Part shown: positions 9,620 to 18,833 of the stretch, piece after piece
Layout of the letters: every line of letters begins with the position of its first letter
Position numbering within the stretch: the first letter of the stretch is position 1
NCBI GenBank assembly: GCA_902625895.1
Contig: CACODD010000002.1
Coordinates: 20,785 to 84,784 of the forward strand
DNA: 64,000 nucleotides
Reading direction: 5' to 3'
Source: an uncultured Alphaproteobacteria bacterium
GTDB taxonomy: Bacteria; Pseudomonadota; Alphaproteobacteria; Methylaequorales; Methylaequoraceae
Notes under the pieces: model-generated
Told to the model about the DNA's origin: nothing
The model's database searches: none
Seen by the model: the letters and a program-made list of their open reading frames with translations, nothing else
Made by a program: the position numbers and the translations under genes

Positions 9620-10417
9620 TTATTTTTTAATGAATTTTAGAGTCATGCGATCACTTTCACCTATGTCTTCGTAAATAGATTTATTTTTATCACCTTCTGC
9701 ATACCTTGGAGGGAGAGTCCATACACCTTTGTTGTAATTTTTGAGATCTTTAGGGTTAGAATTAAGTTCATTTTTTTCTAATAACTTAAATCCCTGTTCT
9801 TCAATATGTCTTATCAAAAATGATTCTTTTACATAACCTTTTTTAAAATTAGATGTTGCAGATTCATCAGCTCTATGTTGGACAACTCCAAGTATTCCAT
9901 TTTTTTTTAGTGATCTATGAAATGATTGATAAATATTTTCTGATTTTTTTTGATCTAAAAAGTTATGTGTATTTCTAAATGTCAAAATTAAATCAAAATA
10001 ATTTTCATTACTTTTAATTTTAAAATCTTTATCGATAAAAATTTTTTTAATTTCTCCAAATTTATTTTTATTCTTTTGAAAATATTCAAAGAATTCATTC
10101 TGGATTTTTGTGATGATCTCAATCGCGTAACTTGGTTCTTTATAAACTGCAACATGGAAGTTATTTGTTCCTTTCATGTAGGTGCTAATTATCTCTGTAT
10201 ACCAACCTCTACCTGGAATTATCTCTAAAACTTTTTTTGATCTATCCAATCCAAAGAAATTTAGTGTTTCATAAGGGTTTCTATATACGTCCCTTTTTCT
10301 GTTTTCTTCCTTTCTGTGAGGATTCTCAACAGCCTCTCTAACTAAATCAGTGTTTGCGTCAATTTTGTTAAAAAATAACAATGTTGTTAAGATTAAAGAA
10401 TATAGTAAAACCCTCAT
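9620..10417 (-). CDS. Predicted secreted class I SAM-dependent methyltransferase
   Basis: Signal peptide (LLYSLILTTLLFFNKIDA). An EIIPGRGWYTEII segment resembles the MTase glycine-rich motif I. A GILGVVQHRA segment resembles the post-II region. Confidence 0.45.
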   Translation of the reverse strand: MRVLLYSLILTTLLFFNKIDANTDLVREAVENPHRKEENRKRDVYRNPYETLNFFGLDRSKKVLEIIPGRGWYTEIISTYMKGTNNFHVAVYKEPSYAIEIITKIQNEFFEYFQKNKNKFGEIKKIFIDKDFKIKSNENYFDLILTFRNTHNFLDQKKSENIYQSFHRSLKKNGILGVVQHRADESATSNFKKGYVKESFLIRHIEEQGFKLLEKNELNSNPKDLKNYNKGVWTLPPRYAEGDKNKSIYEDIGESDRMTLKFIKK

Positions 10418-10420
10418 AAT

Positions 10421-10918
10421 TTATGTTACACTATCTATCATATCGTCTATAGAAAATTGTTTATGTATTGCATCAGTAATTAAACCTAAATCTTTTTCAT
10501 TTTTAATATCCCAACCGCAAGGAGCTTTTTTTGTTAGCCCAGATCTGCATGAATACGAAAATACTTTAAAATCTTTTACTGCATCATGCGGAGAGTATTT
10601 TTTTTCAGAATCATTATCGTATGGATCTTTTTTAAAAATACCTTTTTCATTTGGCTTAACATTCATTATTATACTGTAAGTATAATGATTTAAAAGAAGA
10701 AAAGGATCTTTGGACTTTACTTCGCCTAAAAATTCAATGAATGCTACCGATGTTGCCTCTATATCATCTGGGGTAAGTTCATCGTAATATTTTGAAAAAA
10801 AAGATATAAATTTTCTTGCACTAATAAATAAAGCTACATCTCTTACTATATAATCATAAACAGTTTGAGAAATAATAATTTTAAATAACCAATCTGGACA
10901 AAATCTTTCTTTACCCAT
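10421..10918 (-). CDS. Hypothetical protein (165 aa)
   Basis: ORF within a tightly packed same-strand run. No recognisable motif. Confidence 0.3.
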   Translation of the reverse strand: MGKERFCPDWLFKIIISQTVYDYIVRDVALFISARKFISFFSKYYDELTPDDIEATSVAFIEFLGEVKSKDPFLLLNHYTYSIIMNVKPNEKGIFKKDPYDNDSEKKYSPHDAVKDFKVFSYSCRSGLTKKAPCGWDIKNEKDLGLITDAIHKQFSIDDMIDSVT

Positions 10919-10920
10919 TT

Positions 10921-11238
10921 TTAGCCTTTCTTCAAAAAATTTTCAGCATAAGATTTTTTTATCAACGACCTTTTATTCGGCATTTGTACTTCATAATCAT
11001 ATTTATTTTTTTTTGCAAAGTTGATAGCTGATTCTAAATCATCAAAAAATAACTTAATTTGTTTTTCAGGGTTTGAAGATCCGTTCCAACAAAACTTACT
11101 ACTTATAAATGATTCATTAATTTCAATGTTTGAGAGACACCATTTGCGTGAGTTATTATATCCCGACTGCATGGCAGACTTAGTGGGTTTAAAAATCAAA
11201 AATTTATTTTTTTTCATAGTTTTTAAATCCTCGCTCAA
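10921..11238 (-). CDS. Possible ETC complex I subunit-like (NDUFS4/AQDQ-family) small protein
   Basis: About 100 aa with an SAMQSG...W.....S.DP.. pattern reminiscent of the alphaproteobacterial 'ETC complex I subunit conserved region' proteins. Weak. The true start is probably the internal Met (MKKNKF). Confidence 0.3.
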   Translation of the reverse strand: MSEDLKTMKKNKFLIFKPTKSAMQSGYNNSRKWCLSNIEINESFISSKFCWNGSSNPEKQIKLFFDDLESAINFAKKNKYDYEVQMPNKRSLIKKSYAENFLKKG

Positions 11239-12376
11239 GATCTTTAATCAAATCATCTGCTGATTCTAAACCAATATGAATTCTAAACCAATATACAGAC
11301 TTTTTATAATTTTTTAAAGAGGGCTTTGTTACATTTAATGGTAAAATCAAACTTTCGTATCCTCCCCAACTAAATCCAATTTTAAAAAAATTTAAATGAT
11401 CAATGAACGATTCAATTTTATTTATTTTTGCAACTGAAAAAGTAATAAGTCCATTGCTAAGATTAAAGTATTTTTTCCAAAGTTTGTGGTAAATATTTTT
11501 TTTATCGGGTAAGAAATAAATTTCTTTAACAACCTTTTTTGTCTCTAAATACTCAAAAACTTTTAAGGAATTTTCTTGATGTTTTTCTAGTCTTGTACTC
11601 AGAGTTCTCATACCTTTTATTGCGTTGAAACATGCCTCCGCAGAAACAAAATCTCCCATTCTAACCGCTGTTTGCTTAATTTTTTTGAAATGCTCATTCC
11701 CGCATGCTATTACGCCACAAAAATTATCAGAATGACCTGAAAAATATTTTGTACAAGATTCAATAGCCACATCTATTCCCCATTTTAAAGGGTTGAGACC
11801 TATGAATGTAGCCCAAGTATTATCCATAACAGTTATAATTTTATTTTTTTTTGCAATCTTTACAATTTCCTCGATATCTTCCACTTCATAATTGAGAGAC
11901 CCAGGCGATTCGATGTAAATTAATTTTGTTTTGTTGCTAATTAGTTTATTAAAAGAAGAAGAGTTATTATTTTTGTAGAAATAAGTTTTTATTCCAAATT
12001 TTTTTAACTCTTTTATACAGAAATTATAAACCGGTTCATAACAATTTTCAGTAATTAATACTTCATCTCCTTTTGACAAAAATGATAATAAACTTATCGT
12101 TATTGCTGACAATCCAGAACTTGTAACAATTGCATCTTGACTTTTGTATAATTGGCAAATTAATTTTTCAAATCTTTTAACTGAATAGTTTCCAAATCTT
12201 CCATAATAAGGTTTCTTAAATCTATTTTTTTTAGCTTCTAAAAAGCTATTATAGTCTTTAAAAATTATTGTCGAGGTTCTATATATGGGATCACTTAAAG
12301 ATCCATGATGTAAATTAGGATCACTTCCTAGTTCAATTAATTCAGAATTTATTTTATTTTTCCCCATTCTGCCCAT
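11204..12376 (-). CDS. Cys/Met-metabolism PLP-dependent enzyme (cystathionine beta-lyase/gamma-lyase/gamma-synthase family)
   Basis: PLP-lysine motif SCTKYFSGHSD. Length 390 aa. Fold-type I features (…DNTWAT…). Confidence 0.8.
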   Translation of the reverse strand: MGRMGKNKINSELIELGSDPNLHHGSLSDPIYRTSTIIFKDYNSFLEAKKNRFKKPYYGRFGNYSVKRFEKLICQLYKSQDAIVTSSGLSAITISLLSFLSKGDEVLITENCYEPVYNFCIKELKKFGIKTYFYKNNNSSSFNKLISNKTKLIYIESPGSLNYEVEDIEEIVKIAKKNKIITVMDNTWATFIGLNPLKWGIDVAIESCTKYFSGHSDNFCGVIACGNEHFKKIKQTAVRMGDFVSAEACFNAIKGMRTLSTRLEKHQENSLKVFEYLETKKVVKEIYFLPDKKNIYHKLWKKYFNLSNGLITFSVAKINKIESFIDHLNFFKIGFSWGGYESLILPLNVTKPSLKNYKKSVYWFRIHIGLESADDLIKDLERGFKNYEKK

Positions 12377-13191
12377 GATCCATCATACAGTTTAACTTCT
12401 TTAATACCTAATAATGTAAGAACAAATATAATATTGCAAGCTGTAACTCCAGATCCGCAATAGCATACTATGGTATTTTTTTTTTTTATTTTGTTTTGAT
12501 TGAAAATTAAATGCTCTAACTCATCAAAATTCTTTATAAGCATATTGTCTGTTATTACCTCAAACGGAATATTAATACTATTCTTAATTCTACCTTTTTT
12601 TAAATTAGGTCGCGGTTCTTTTTCAATTCCCAAAAATCTGTTTTGAGGTCTTGCGTCAATTACCTTTGTATTACAATCATTTTTAACAATAATTTTTTCT
12701 AATTCTTTTTTATTCACTATCCTCTTAGATTCAAATGAATTACATCTAAAATTAGATTTTTCTGTTTTTTTTATTTTATTTGTTATTGGAAGATTATTTT
12801 TAGTCCACTCTGAAAAACCACCATTTAGTATTCTTATCTTTTTAAATCCAAAAACTTTAAAAATAAACCAAACTCTTCCTGAACAAAAAAAACCCACTTG
12901 ATCATATATTATTATTTCGTGATTAATATTAATTCCATTTATTATAATAAAATTTTGGATTTGTTCAGTTGATGGAAACATATGGGGTAATTTAATGGAA
13001 TTATCCGACAATTTCTCAATATCGAAATAGATTGCATTCTCAATATGAGAGTTTGTATACTCTAATCTTCCTCTATTGGGTTTATTTAAATACCATCTAC
13101 AATCAATAATTCTAATGTTACAAGAGTTTTTTAAAGTAAAAAGCTCCTCACAGTTAATCACAAATTTTGAAATTAAATTTATCAAAGCCAC
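12349..13191 (-). CDS. sseA: Tandem-rhodanese sulfurtransferase (3-mercaptopyruvate/thiosulfate sulfurtransferase, SseA-like)
   Basis: Two rhodanese domains. The active-site loop CYCGSGVTAC is of the MST type (C-G/R-S-G-V-T-A). Confidence 0.8.
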   Translation of the reverse strand: MALINLISKFVINCEELFTLKNSCNIRIIDCRWYLNKPNRGRLEYTNSHIENAIYFDIEKLSDNSIKLPHMFPSTEQIQNFIIINGININHEIIIYDQVGFFCSGRVWFIFKVFGFKKIRILNGGFSEWTKNNLPITNKIKKTEKSNFRCNSFESKRIVNKKELEKIIVKNDCNTKVIDARPQNRFLGIEKEPRPNLKKGRIKNSINIPFEVITDNMLIKNFDELEHLIFNQNKIKKKNTIVCYCGSGVTACNIIFVLTLLGIKEVKLYDGSWAEWGKIK

Positions 13192-14180
13192 CCTGGAATT
13201 GGAAGTTCTTTGTCTTTAAGAAATTTTTTATTAAAAATTTTACTTTCGTATTTTGTGCCATAATCACACAAGATGGTTACAATTTTTTTGTTGGGACCAA
13301 TTAATTTTCCTAACTTCACAGCTCCCATAATATTTATTCCTGATGATCCTCCTAAAATTAGCCCTTCTTTTCTCACCATTTCATATACAATATTTAAAGC
13401 TTCTGTATCTGTTATTTGAAATGATTCGTCAATAACAGCATTTTCTAAATTCCTGGTTATTCTTCCTTGCCCAATTCCTTCAGTTATGGAAGAACCAGTC
13501 GATTTAAGTTTCCCATTTTTATAAAAATTGTGCATAGCTGAACCCATGGGATCTGCTAAACCAATAACAATACTTTTATTTTTTTCTTTTAAAAAATCAG
13601 AAACACCAGAAATAGTTCCTCCTGTGCCTATTGAACATATAAAAGCGTCAACCTTTTGGGAAAGTTGTGTATATATTTCAGGGCCGGTTGTTAAATAATG
13701 TGATTTTTTATTAGATAAATTATCAAATTGATTTGCCCATAAAACACCATGCTCATTAACAATTGACTTTGCTAAGGTTTCTGAGTAACGAATGTAATTT
13801 CCAGGATTCTTATATGGGAGTGCATCAACAAGTTTTAATTCTGCTCCACACAATTTTAACATTTTTTTTTTTTCATTACTTTGGGTTCTAGGCATCACTA
13901 TGATTGAATTCAACCCAATTGAATTTCCAACTAAACATAGACCTATCCCCGTGTTTCCTGCAGTTCCTTCGACAATTGTACCTCCTTTTTCGATTTGTTT
14001 TTTTTTAATTGCATCTTTTATTATTTGCAATGCAGGTCTGTCTTTAACTGATCCACCTGGATTAAGAAATTCACATTTACCAAATATTTCGCAACCAGAA
14101 AGTTCTGATGCGACTTTTAGTTTTATTATTGGAGTGTTTCCAATACATTCTGAAAAATTTCTTTTAAAATTAAATTTCAT
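13182..14180 (-). CDS. cysK: Cysteine synthase / cystathionine beta-synthase family PLP enzyme (CysK-like, no CBS pair)
   Basis: PLP-lysine motif NPGGSVKDRPAL. Gly-rich GTGGT loop (SIGTGGTISG). 332 aa. Confidence 0.8.
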   Translation of the reverse strand: MKFNFKRNFSECIGNTPIIKLKVASELSGCEIFGKCEFLNPGGSVKDRPALQIIKDAIKKKQIEKGGTIVEGTAGNTGIGLCLVGNSIGLNSIIVMPRTQSNEKKKMLKLCGAELKLVDALPYKNPGNYIRYSETLAKSIVNEHGVLWANQFDNLSNKKSHYLTTGPEIYTQLSQKVDAFICSIGTGGTISGVSDFLKEKNKSIVIGLADPMGSAMHNFYKNGKLKSTGSSITEGIGQGRITRNLENAVIDESFQITDTEALNIVYEMVRKEGLILGGSSGINIMGAVKLGKLIGPNKKIVTILCDYGTKYESKIFNKKFLKDKELPIPGWL

Positions 14181-14262
14181 TTTTTAAATGATCTTAAACT
14201 TTTTTTTGTTAAATCATATACAAAAAGTTAACAATGGTTTAGTTTAAGAATTTCACAAAAAA

Positions 14263-15120
14263 ATGCTAAATATTTTTATTAAAACTTTCATTTTTATTTT
14301 TTTTATCTCCTCTCCAATATGTTCTTTCGAGGTAAAATGGGTTGTTGACGGATTAAATGAGCCAGAGTCAGCTGTTTTTGATAAAAAAAATAGCGCTATA
14401 TATATTTCAAACATTAATGGTGATCCATTAAAATTAGACAAAAATGGGTATATCAGTAAAATCAGTGTGGATGGTCAGATTTTAGAAAAGAAATGGATAA
14501 AAGGTTTAGACGCACCAAAAGGTATGGCAATCTTTAATGACCATTTATTTGTTGCAGATATAAATAAAATTTGGAAGATCAATACTTTAAATAAAAAAAA
14601 ACAATTTTTCTCAGTTAATAGCGCAGGTTTTTTAAATGATTTAGTCGCAGACAAAAAAGGTCGTATTTATGCGTCTGACATGTTTAAAAATAGAATTTAC
14701 CAATTAAAAAATGAAAATATTACAATCTGGAAACAAAGCAAACTTTTAGATTCACCTAATGGATTGTTAATTGAGGGCAATTATTTAGTAATTGCTTGTT
14801 GGGGAAAAATTAAGAGTGGTTTTGATACAGAAATAAAAGGAAAATTAATAAAAGTTAATTTAAAAACAAGAGAGATTCAAAAATTTTTCAGTACTCGTCC
14901 AATTGGAAATTTGGACGGCATCGTCTTTAATAAAGATAATGGGTATTTATCAACTGATTGGATTAACGGAAAGCTTTTTTCAATCAATGAAAAAGGTATA
15001 GTTACGAACTCTTTTAAAGTTAATAAAGGGGCTGCCGACCTTGAGATATTAATGCATAAAAATCTAATTTTAATTCCAATGATGAAACATAATAATCTCA
15101 CAGCATTTCAGTACGATTAG
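14263..15120 (+). CDS. Secreted beta-propeller protein, SMP-30/gluconolactonase/LRE-like (tentative)
   Basis: Signal peptide (FIFIFFISSPICSFE). Repeated G..DG.IY..D motifs (…KKGRIYASDMF…, …LDGIVFN…). Confidence 0.35.
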   Translation: MLNIFIKTFIFIFFISSPICSFEVKWVVDGLNEPESAVFDKKNSAIYISNINGDPLKLDKNGYISKISVDGQILEKKWIKGLDAPKGMAIFNDHLFVADINKIWKINTLNKKKQFFSVNSAGFLNDLVADKKGRIYASDMFKNRIYQLKNENITIWKQSKLLDSPNGLLIEGNYLVIACWGKIKSGFDTEIKGKLIKVNLKTREIQKFFSTRPIGNLDGIVFNKDNGYLSTDWINGKLFSINEKGIVTNSFKVNKGAADLEILMHKNLILIPMMKHNNLTAFQYD

Positions 15121-15843
15121 GTGCCAAAAACATCAATTAAAACAAAAAACTTATCAAAGATATATGATAATAAAACTGTGGTTAGTAATGTTTCAATAAA
15201 TTTACCATACGGCGGAATCTTTGGAGTTTTAGGAAAAAATGGAGCAGGAAAAACAACTTTTCTAGCAATGTTAATGGGACTTATAACTCCTTCAGAAGGA
15301 GAAATTTTCATTTTTGATAAATCCCTTAAGTTCCACAAATATGAAATATTAAAAAATATAAATTTTCAGAGTCCATATATTGATCTTCCTAAAAAGATTA
15401 CAGTTATGCAAAACTTGATTTTTTATGCGAGGCTTTATGATGTAATAGATACCAAAAAAAAAATTTTAAAATTATCAGAAGATTTATTTATAACAGATTT
15501 ACTTGACAATATTTATGGAACATTATCTTCCGGTCAAAAAACTAGAGTAAATTTATGTAAAGCTTTATTAAATGATCCAAAATTACTTCTGTTAGACGAA
15601 CCAACAGCATCGTTAGATGTATCAACATCAGAATTTATTAGAAAATATATAAAAAGTTTTCAGAAAAAAAATAATTCAACAATCCTTATTACATCTCATA
15701 ATTTAGAAGAAATTGAAAAACTGTGTTCACATATTATTTTATTAGAAAAAGGGAAAATAAAATTTGATGGTAAAAAAAATGAGCTATTTAAACAAAATAA
15801 ATCCTTCTCACTTAAAGATATTTTTCTGAAAGATGATAAATAG
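15121..15843 (+). CDS. ABC transporter ATP-binding protein (ABC-2 exporter type). GTG start.
   Basis: Walker A GKNGAGKTT. ABC signature LSSGQKTRV. Walker B LLLLDEPTASLD. Confidence 0.85.
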   Translation: MPKTSIKTKNLSKIYDNKTVVSNVSINLPYGGIFGVLGKNGAGKTTFLAMLMGLITPSEGEIFIFDKSLKFHKYEILKNINFQSPYIDLPKKITVMQNLIFYARLYDVIDTKKKILKLSEDLFITDLLDNIYGTLSSGQKTRVNLCKALLNDPKLLLLDEPTASLDVSTSEFIRKYIKSFQKKNNSTILITSHNLEEIEKLCSHIILLEKGKIKFDGKKNELFKQNKSFSLKDIFLKDDK

Positions 15844-16624
15844 AATTTTAGCTCTATTAATAAGATATAAGAACATATCTTTTGGATCTTTTCCCAGGTT
15901 GTTGAGTATTTTTTATTGGCCAACTGTTCAAATTCTTTTTTGGGGATTCTTTACTAATTTTTTTATGTCTAATGGAAGCTTTGGTATTTGGAGTACCCTA
16001 AACATAATTCTTTCTGCAGTTGTTTTATGGGACGTTTTATTCAGAGGACAACTTGGTTTGACCATGTCTTTTTTTGAGGAGTTATGGTCAAGAAATTTAC
16101 CAAATTTATTTATCACACCATTAAGAGATATTGAGATGGTTTATGGATTGATACTTATAAGTTTCTTAAGAACTTTAATTGGAATTACTCCCGCTGTATT
16201 TTTCGCAAACTATTTTTTCGATTTTCATCTATTTGAACTAGGTTTGTATTTAATATTTCTCTTTTTAAATCTAATAATTTTCGGATGGTCCATTGGTTTT
16301 ATTGTCTCTGGCTTAGTGTTAAGATATGGGCAAGCCTTTGAAGAATTAGCGTGGGCGATTATCTTTATTATTCTTCCGTTTTCATGTGTATATTATCCAT
16401 TAGGTTCCTTACCTAATATAGTACAAGATATAGCTCTTTTTTTACCAACAGTACATATTTTTGAGACTATGAGATTGATTTTGATCGAAAATAAGATTGT
16501 TCTACATAATGTTTTTATAATTATTTTTCTCAATCTATTTTATTTAATTTTAAGTATCTTATTTTTTTTAAAAATGATCTTTATTGCTAGAAAAAAAGGG
16601 CTTCTTTTTAATCAGGGAGAATAA
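15833..16624 (+). CDS. ABC-2 type transporter permease
   Basis: Six hydrophobic segments, about 260 aa. Start overlaps the ATPase stop. Confidence 0.7.
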   Translation: MINRILALLIRYKNISFGSFPRLLSIFYWPTVQILFWGFFTNFFMSNGSFGIWSTLNIILSAVVLWDVLFRGQLGLTMSFFEELWSRNLPNLFITPLRDIEMVYGLILISFLRTLIGITPAVFFANYFFDFHLFELGLYLIFLFLNLIIFGWSIGFIVSGLVLRYGQAFEELAWAIIFIILPFSCVYYPLGSLPNIVQDIALFLPTVHIFETMRLILIENKIVLHNVFIIIFLNLFYLILSILFFLKMIFIARKKGLLFNQGE

Positions 16625-17547
16625 GCGTCTATTTTATATCTTATTGCATCTTTAGTTGAATGTTTATAGATAAAAATACACGATTCCTTAATTATATTTA
16701 AATAATTCTTACTCCCTAAAAATAAACAAATTCGCAGAAAGTTCATCCTATTAAATTTAGTTTTTTTTTTTTCTCTTCTATACCATTTTTCGGATCTTCC
16801 TATTGATTTCTTACATGCAATTTTTAATATTGATTCTTTTAACTCATTTTTTTTTATAAAGTAATATAATGCAGCGTTATAGTCGTGTATAAGTTGAGTT
16901 TTTTTCCCAATCATAATCCTGTTTTCGTCATCTTTTGGTCCATATGATGTTATGTTATCAATAAAACAAAAATTCCCAAAACGAGCTAAATTTAAAACCA
17001 AAGAAAAATCCTCTATAAAAAGTTTTTTATTACATCCACCGGATTTTTGAATTGTTTTATTACAATAGAGATTAGGGGTTGTACCTGAAAAACTTGAAGT
17101 AATTGTAGCTTTAAGGGGGTTTTCCAAAAATCTAAAGTTTTCGATTGTATTTTTTTCAAACGAAATATTATTAAAACTTGGCAATAATTTGTATGAGCTA
17201 AAAGCTGCTACAGATTTTTTTTTTAAAATTGTTTTTAATAAAATTTCACAACAATATGGAGCCATAATATCGTCGCCACCAACTAATTTAATATAATCAC
17301 CTTTAGCTCTACTAATTCCATGTTGAGTTGCAATGGCTGGTCCACTGTTTTTCTGACTTAAAATTGTTGTATCTTTCCACTTTTGAGTTTTTTTTTTTAA
17401 ATATTCTAGTGACCCATCGGTAGATCCATCATCAATAAAAATATATTCTTTTTCAAAACTTCCTACTTGTTCTTTTATAGAAGAAAGTACAATTTTTAAA
17501 TATTTTTTTTTGTTAAATATTGGGCATACAAAACTTATTTTTGTCAT
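16612..17547 (-). CDS. Family 2 glycosyltransferase
   Basis: N-terminal FVCPIFNKKKYL...IFIDDGSTDGS (DXD-containing GT-A motif). Confidence 0.75.
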   Translation of the reverse strand: MTKISFVCPIFNKKKYLKIVLSSIKEQVGSFEKEYIFIDDGSTDGSLEYLKKKTQKWKDTTILSQKNSGPAIATQHGISRAKGDYIKLVGGDDIMAPYCCEILLKTILKKKSVAAFSSYKLLPSFNNISFEKNTIENFRFLENPLKATITSSFSGTTPNLYCNKTIQKSGGCNKKLFIEDFSLVLNLARFGNFCFIDNITSYGPKDDENRIMIGKKTQLIHDYNAALYYFIKKNELKESILKIACKKSIGRSEKWYRREKKKTKFNRMNFLRICLFLGSKNYLNIIKESCIFIYKHSTKDAIRYKIDAYSP

Positions 17548-17548
17548 T

Positions 17549-18550
17549 TTAGAATAGTTTTTCTTTCCACGTTTTCGGTGTTTTTGAATTTATAATTTCA
17601 AGATCAAGATGGTATCTAAACTTCTTAACACCTTTTTCTTTTATAAAATCAATCATCTTTTTTAAGCCACTATCTAATGTTGTTTTTGTTTTGTAATTTA
17701 GGAGTCTGCGTACCTTATCAGCACTGCAAGTTGCTTCCAAAACCTCTTGAGGTCTGCCCTTTATATATTTTGGGTTCAGATTAAATTTGAGTTGATTAGC
17801 AATTTTGTTGGCCAAAGTATTAATTGTTATAAATTCTTCATCCGGCCCTATATTAATTATCTGACTCTTTACAGACTTATTAGTGGCCATTTCTTTAAGA
17901 CAAAATAGGTCATCATCAATATATGAGAAACATCTTTTTTGTTCTCCGTCTCCGTATATATAAGGTTGTCTATTTTGTAACATTAAATTAATCATAATTG
18001 AAGCTACATTGCGGTATGGGTCGTCGTATTTTTGTCTCGGTCCAATTATGTTGTGTGGTACCGCAATGACGTATTCAACACCGTGAACTTCACATAAATT
18101 TTTTAGGATATTTTCTGCTGCTACCTTTGCTATACCATATGGATCTTGGGGAGCAGGGATGAGCTCCTCTCTGAACGGTATTTCATTAGTTCCATATCGA
18201 GCCATAGATGAGCAAAATATGATTCTTTTAACTTTATTTTCAATTGCTGCACTAAATAATGACACTGATCCAGTAACAATATTTTGCGTAATTAGATGAG
18301 GTGAGAAAACAGATAAACCCTCATATGCTGTTGCTGCTGTATGATATACTAAGTCACATCCTTTGGTAATTTTTAGCATTGAATTTCGAAAACAACAATC
18401 GTACTGATAAAACTCAGCATCGGGTGGAACATTATCCAATTCACCGCCAATTAAACTATCGCAGCCAACAACATGATGACCATCATTGATAAACGCGTCC
18501 GCCAAGTGACTTCCAAGAAAACCAGCAATTCCACTAATAAATATTTTCAT
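17549..18550 (-). CDS. NAD-dependent epimerase/dehydratase (short-chain dehydrogenase/reductase fold, UDP-sugar epimerase/decarboxylase-like)
   Basis: N-terminal GIAGFLGSHL Rossmann motif. Catalytic YxxxK (YGIAKVAAE). Confidence 0.8.
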   Translation of the reverse strand: MKIFISGIAGFLGSHLADAFINDGHHVVGCDSLIGGELDNVPPDAEFYQYDCCFRNSMLKITKGCDLVYHTAATAYEGLSVFSPHLITQNIVTGSVSLFSAAIENKVKRIIFCSSMARYGTNEIPFREELIPAPQDPYGIAKVAAENILKNLCEVHGVEYVIAVPHNIIGPRQKYDDPYRNVASIMINLMLQNRQPYIYGDGEQKRCFSYIDDDLFCLKEMATNKSVKSQIINIGPDEEFITINTLANKIANQLKFNLNPKYIKGRPQEVLEATCSADKVRRLLNYKTKTTLDSGLKKMIDFIKEKGVKKFRYHLDLEIINSKTPKTWKEKLF

Positions 18551-18556
18551 AAAAAA

Positions 18557-18632
18557 TGGCTCCGGCGACAGGACTCGAACCTGTGACCCAGCGATTAACA
18601 GTCGCTTGCTCTACCAACTGAGCTACGCCGGA
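18557..18632 (-). tRNA. tRNA-Asn (anticodon GTT)
   Basis: Reverse complement TCCGGCGTAGCTCAGTTGGTAGAGCAAGCGACTGTTAATCGCT...GGTTCGAGTCC...CGCCGGAGCCA. The cloverleaf closes, with anticodon loop CTGTTAA and an encoded CCA. Confidence 0.85.
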
Positions 18633-18684
18633 ATTATGGATATAATAGTTAAATTTTTTTAATTGTAAAACATTTATAAAAACT

Positions 18685-18758
18685 TGGAGGTGCGGACCGG
18701 ATTCGAACCGGTGTACACGGCTTTGCAGGCCGGTGCGTAGCCTCTCCGCCACCGCACC
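18685..18758 (-). tRNA. tRNA-Cys (anticodon GCA)
   Basis: Reverse complement GGTGCGGTGGCGGAGAGGCTACGCACCGGCCTGCAAAGCCG...CCGGTTCGAATCCGG...CCGCACCTCCA. Discriminator U73 is typical of tRNA-Cys. Confidence 0.85.
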
Positions 18759-18833
18759 TCATTTAATTCTTAAATATTGTAATAAATATTAATACTTATA
18801 TATTAAAGTTTTACACATTAATAGCCCAATATA

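Noticed and set aside
10921-11238. Calling this ORF a definite NDUFS4-type complex I subunit
   Set aside because: The similarity rests on a short W…S.DP-like pattern only. It is kept as a low-confidence suggestion.
14263-15120. Calling the secreted beta-propeller a gluconolactonase
   Set aside because: Only loose repeat similarity is visible and no catalytic residues could be assigned. It is left as a family-level tentative call.
18534-18752. 72-aa ORF in the six-frame track
   Set aside because: It lies entirely over the tRNA-Asn and tRNA-Cys genes and their spacer, so it is a spurious ORF.
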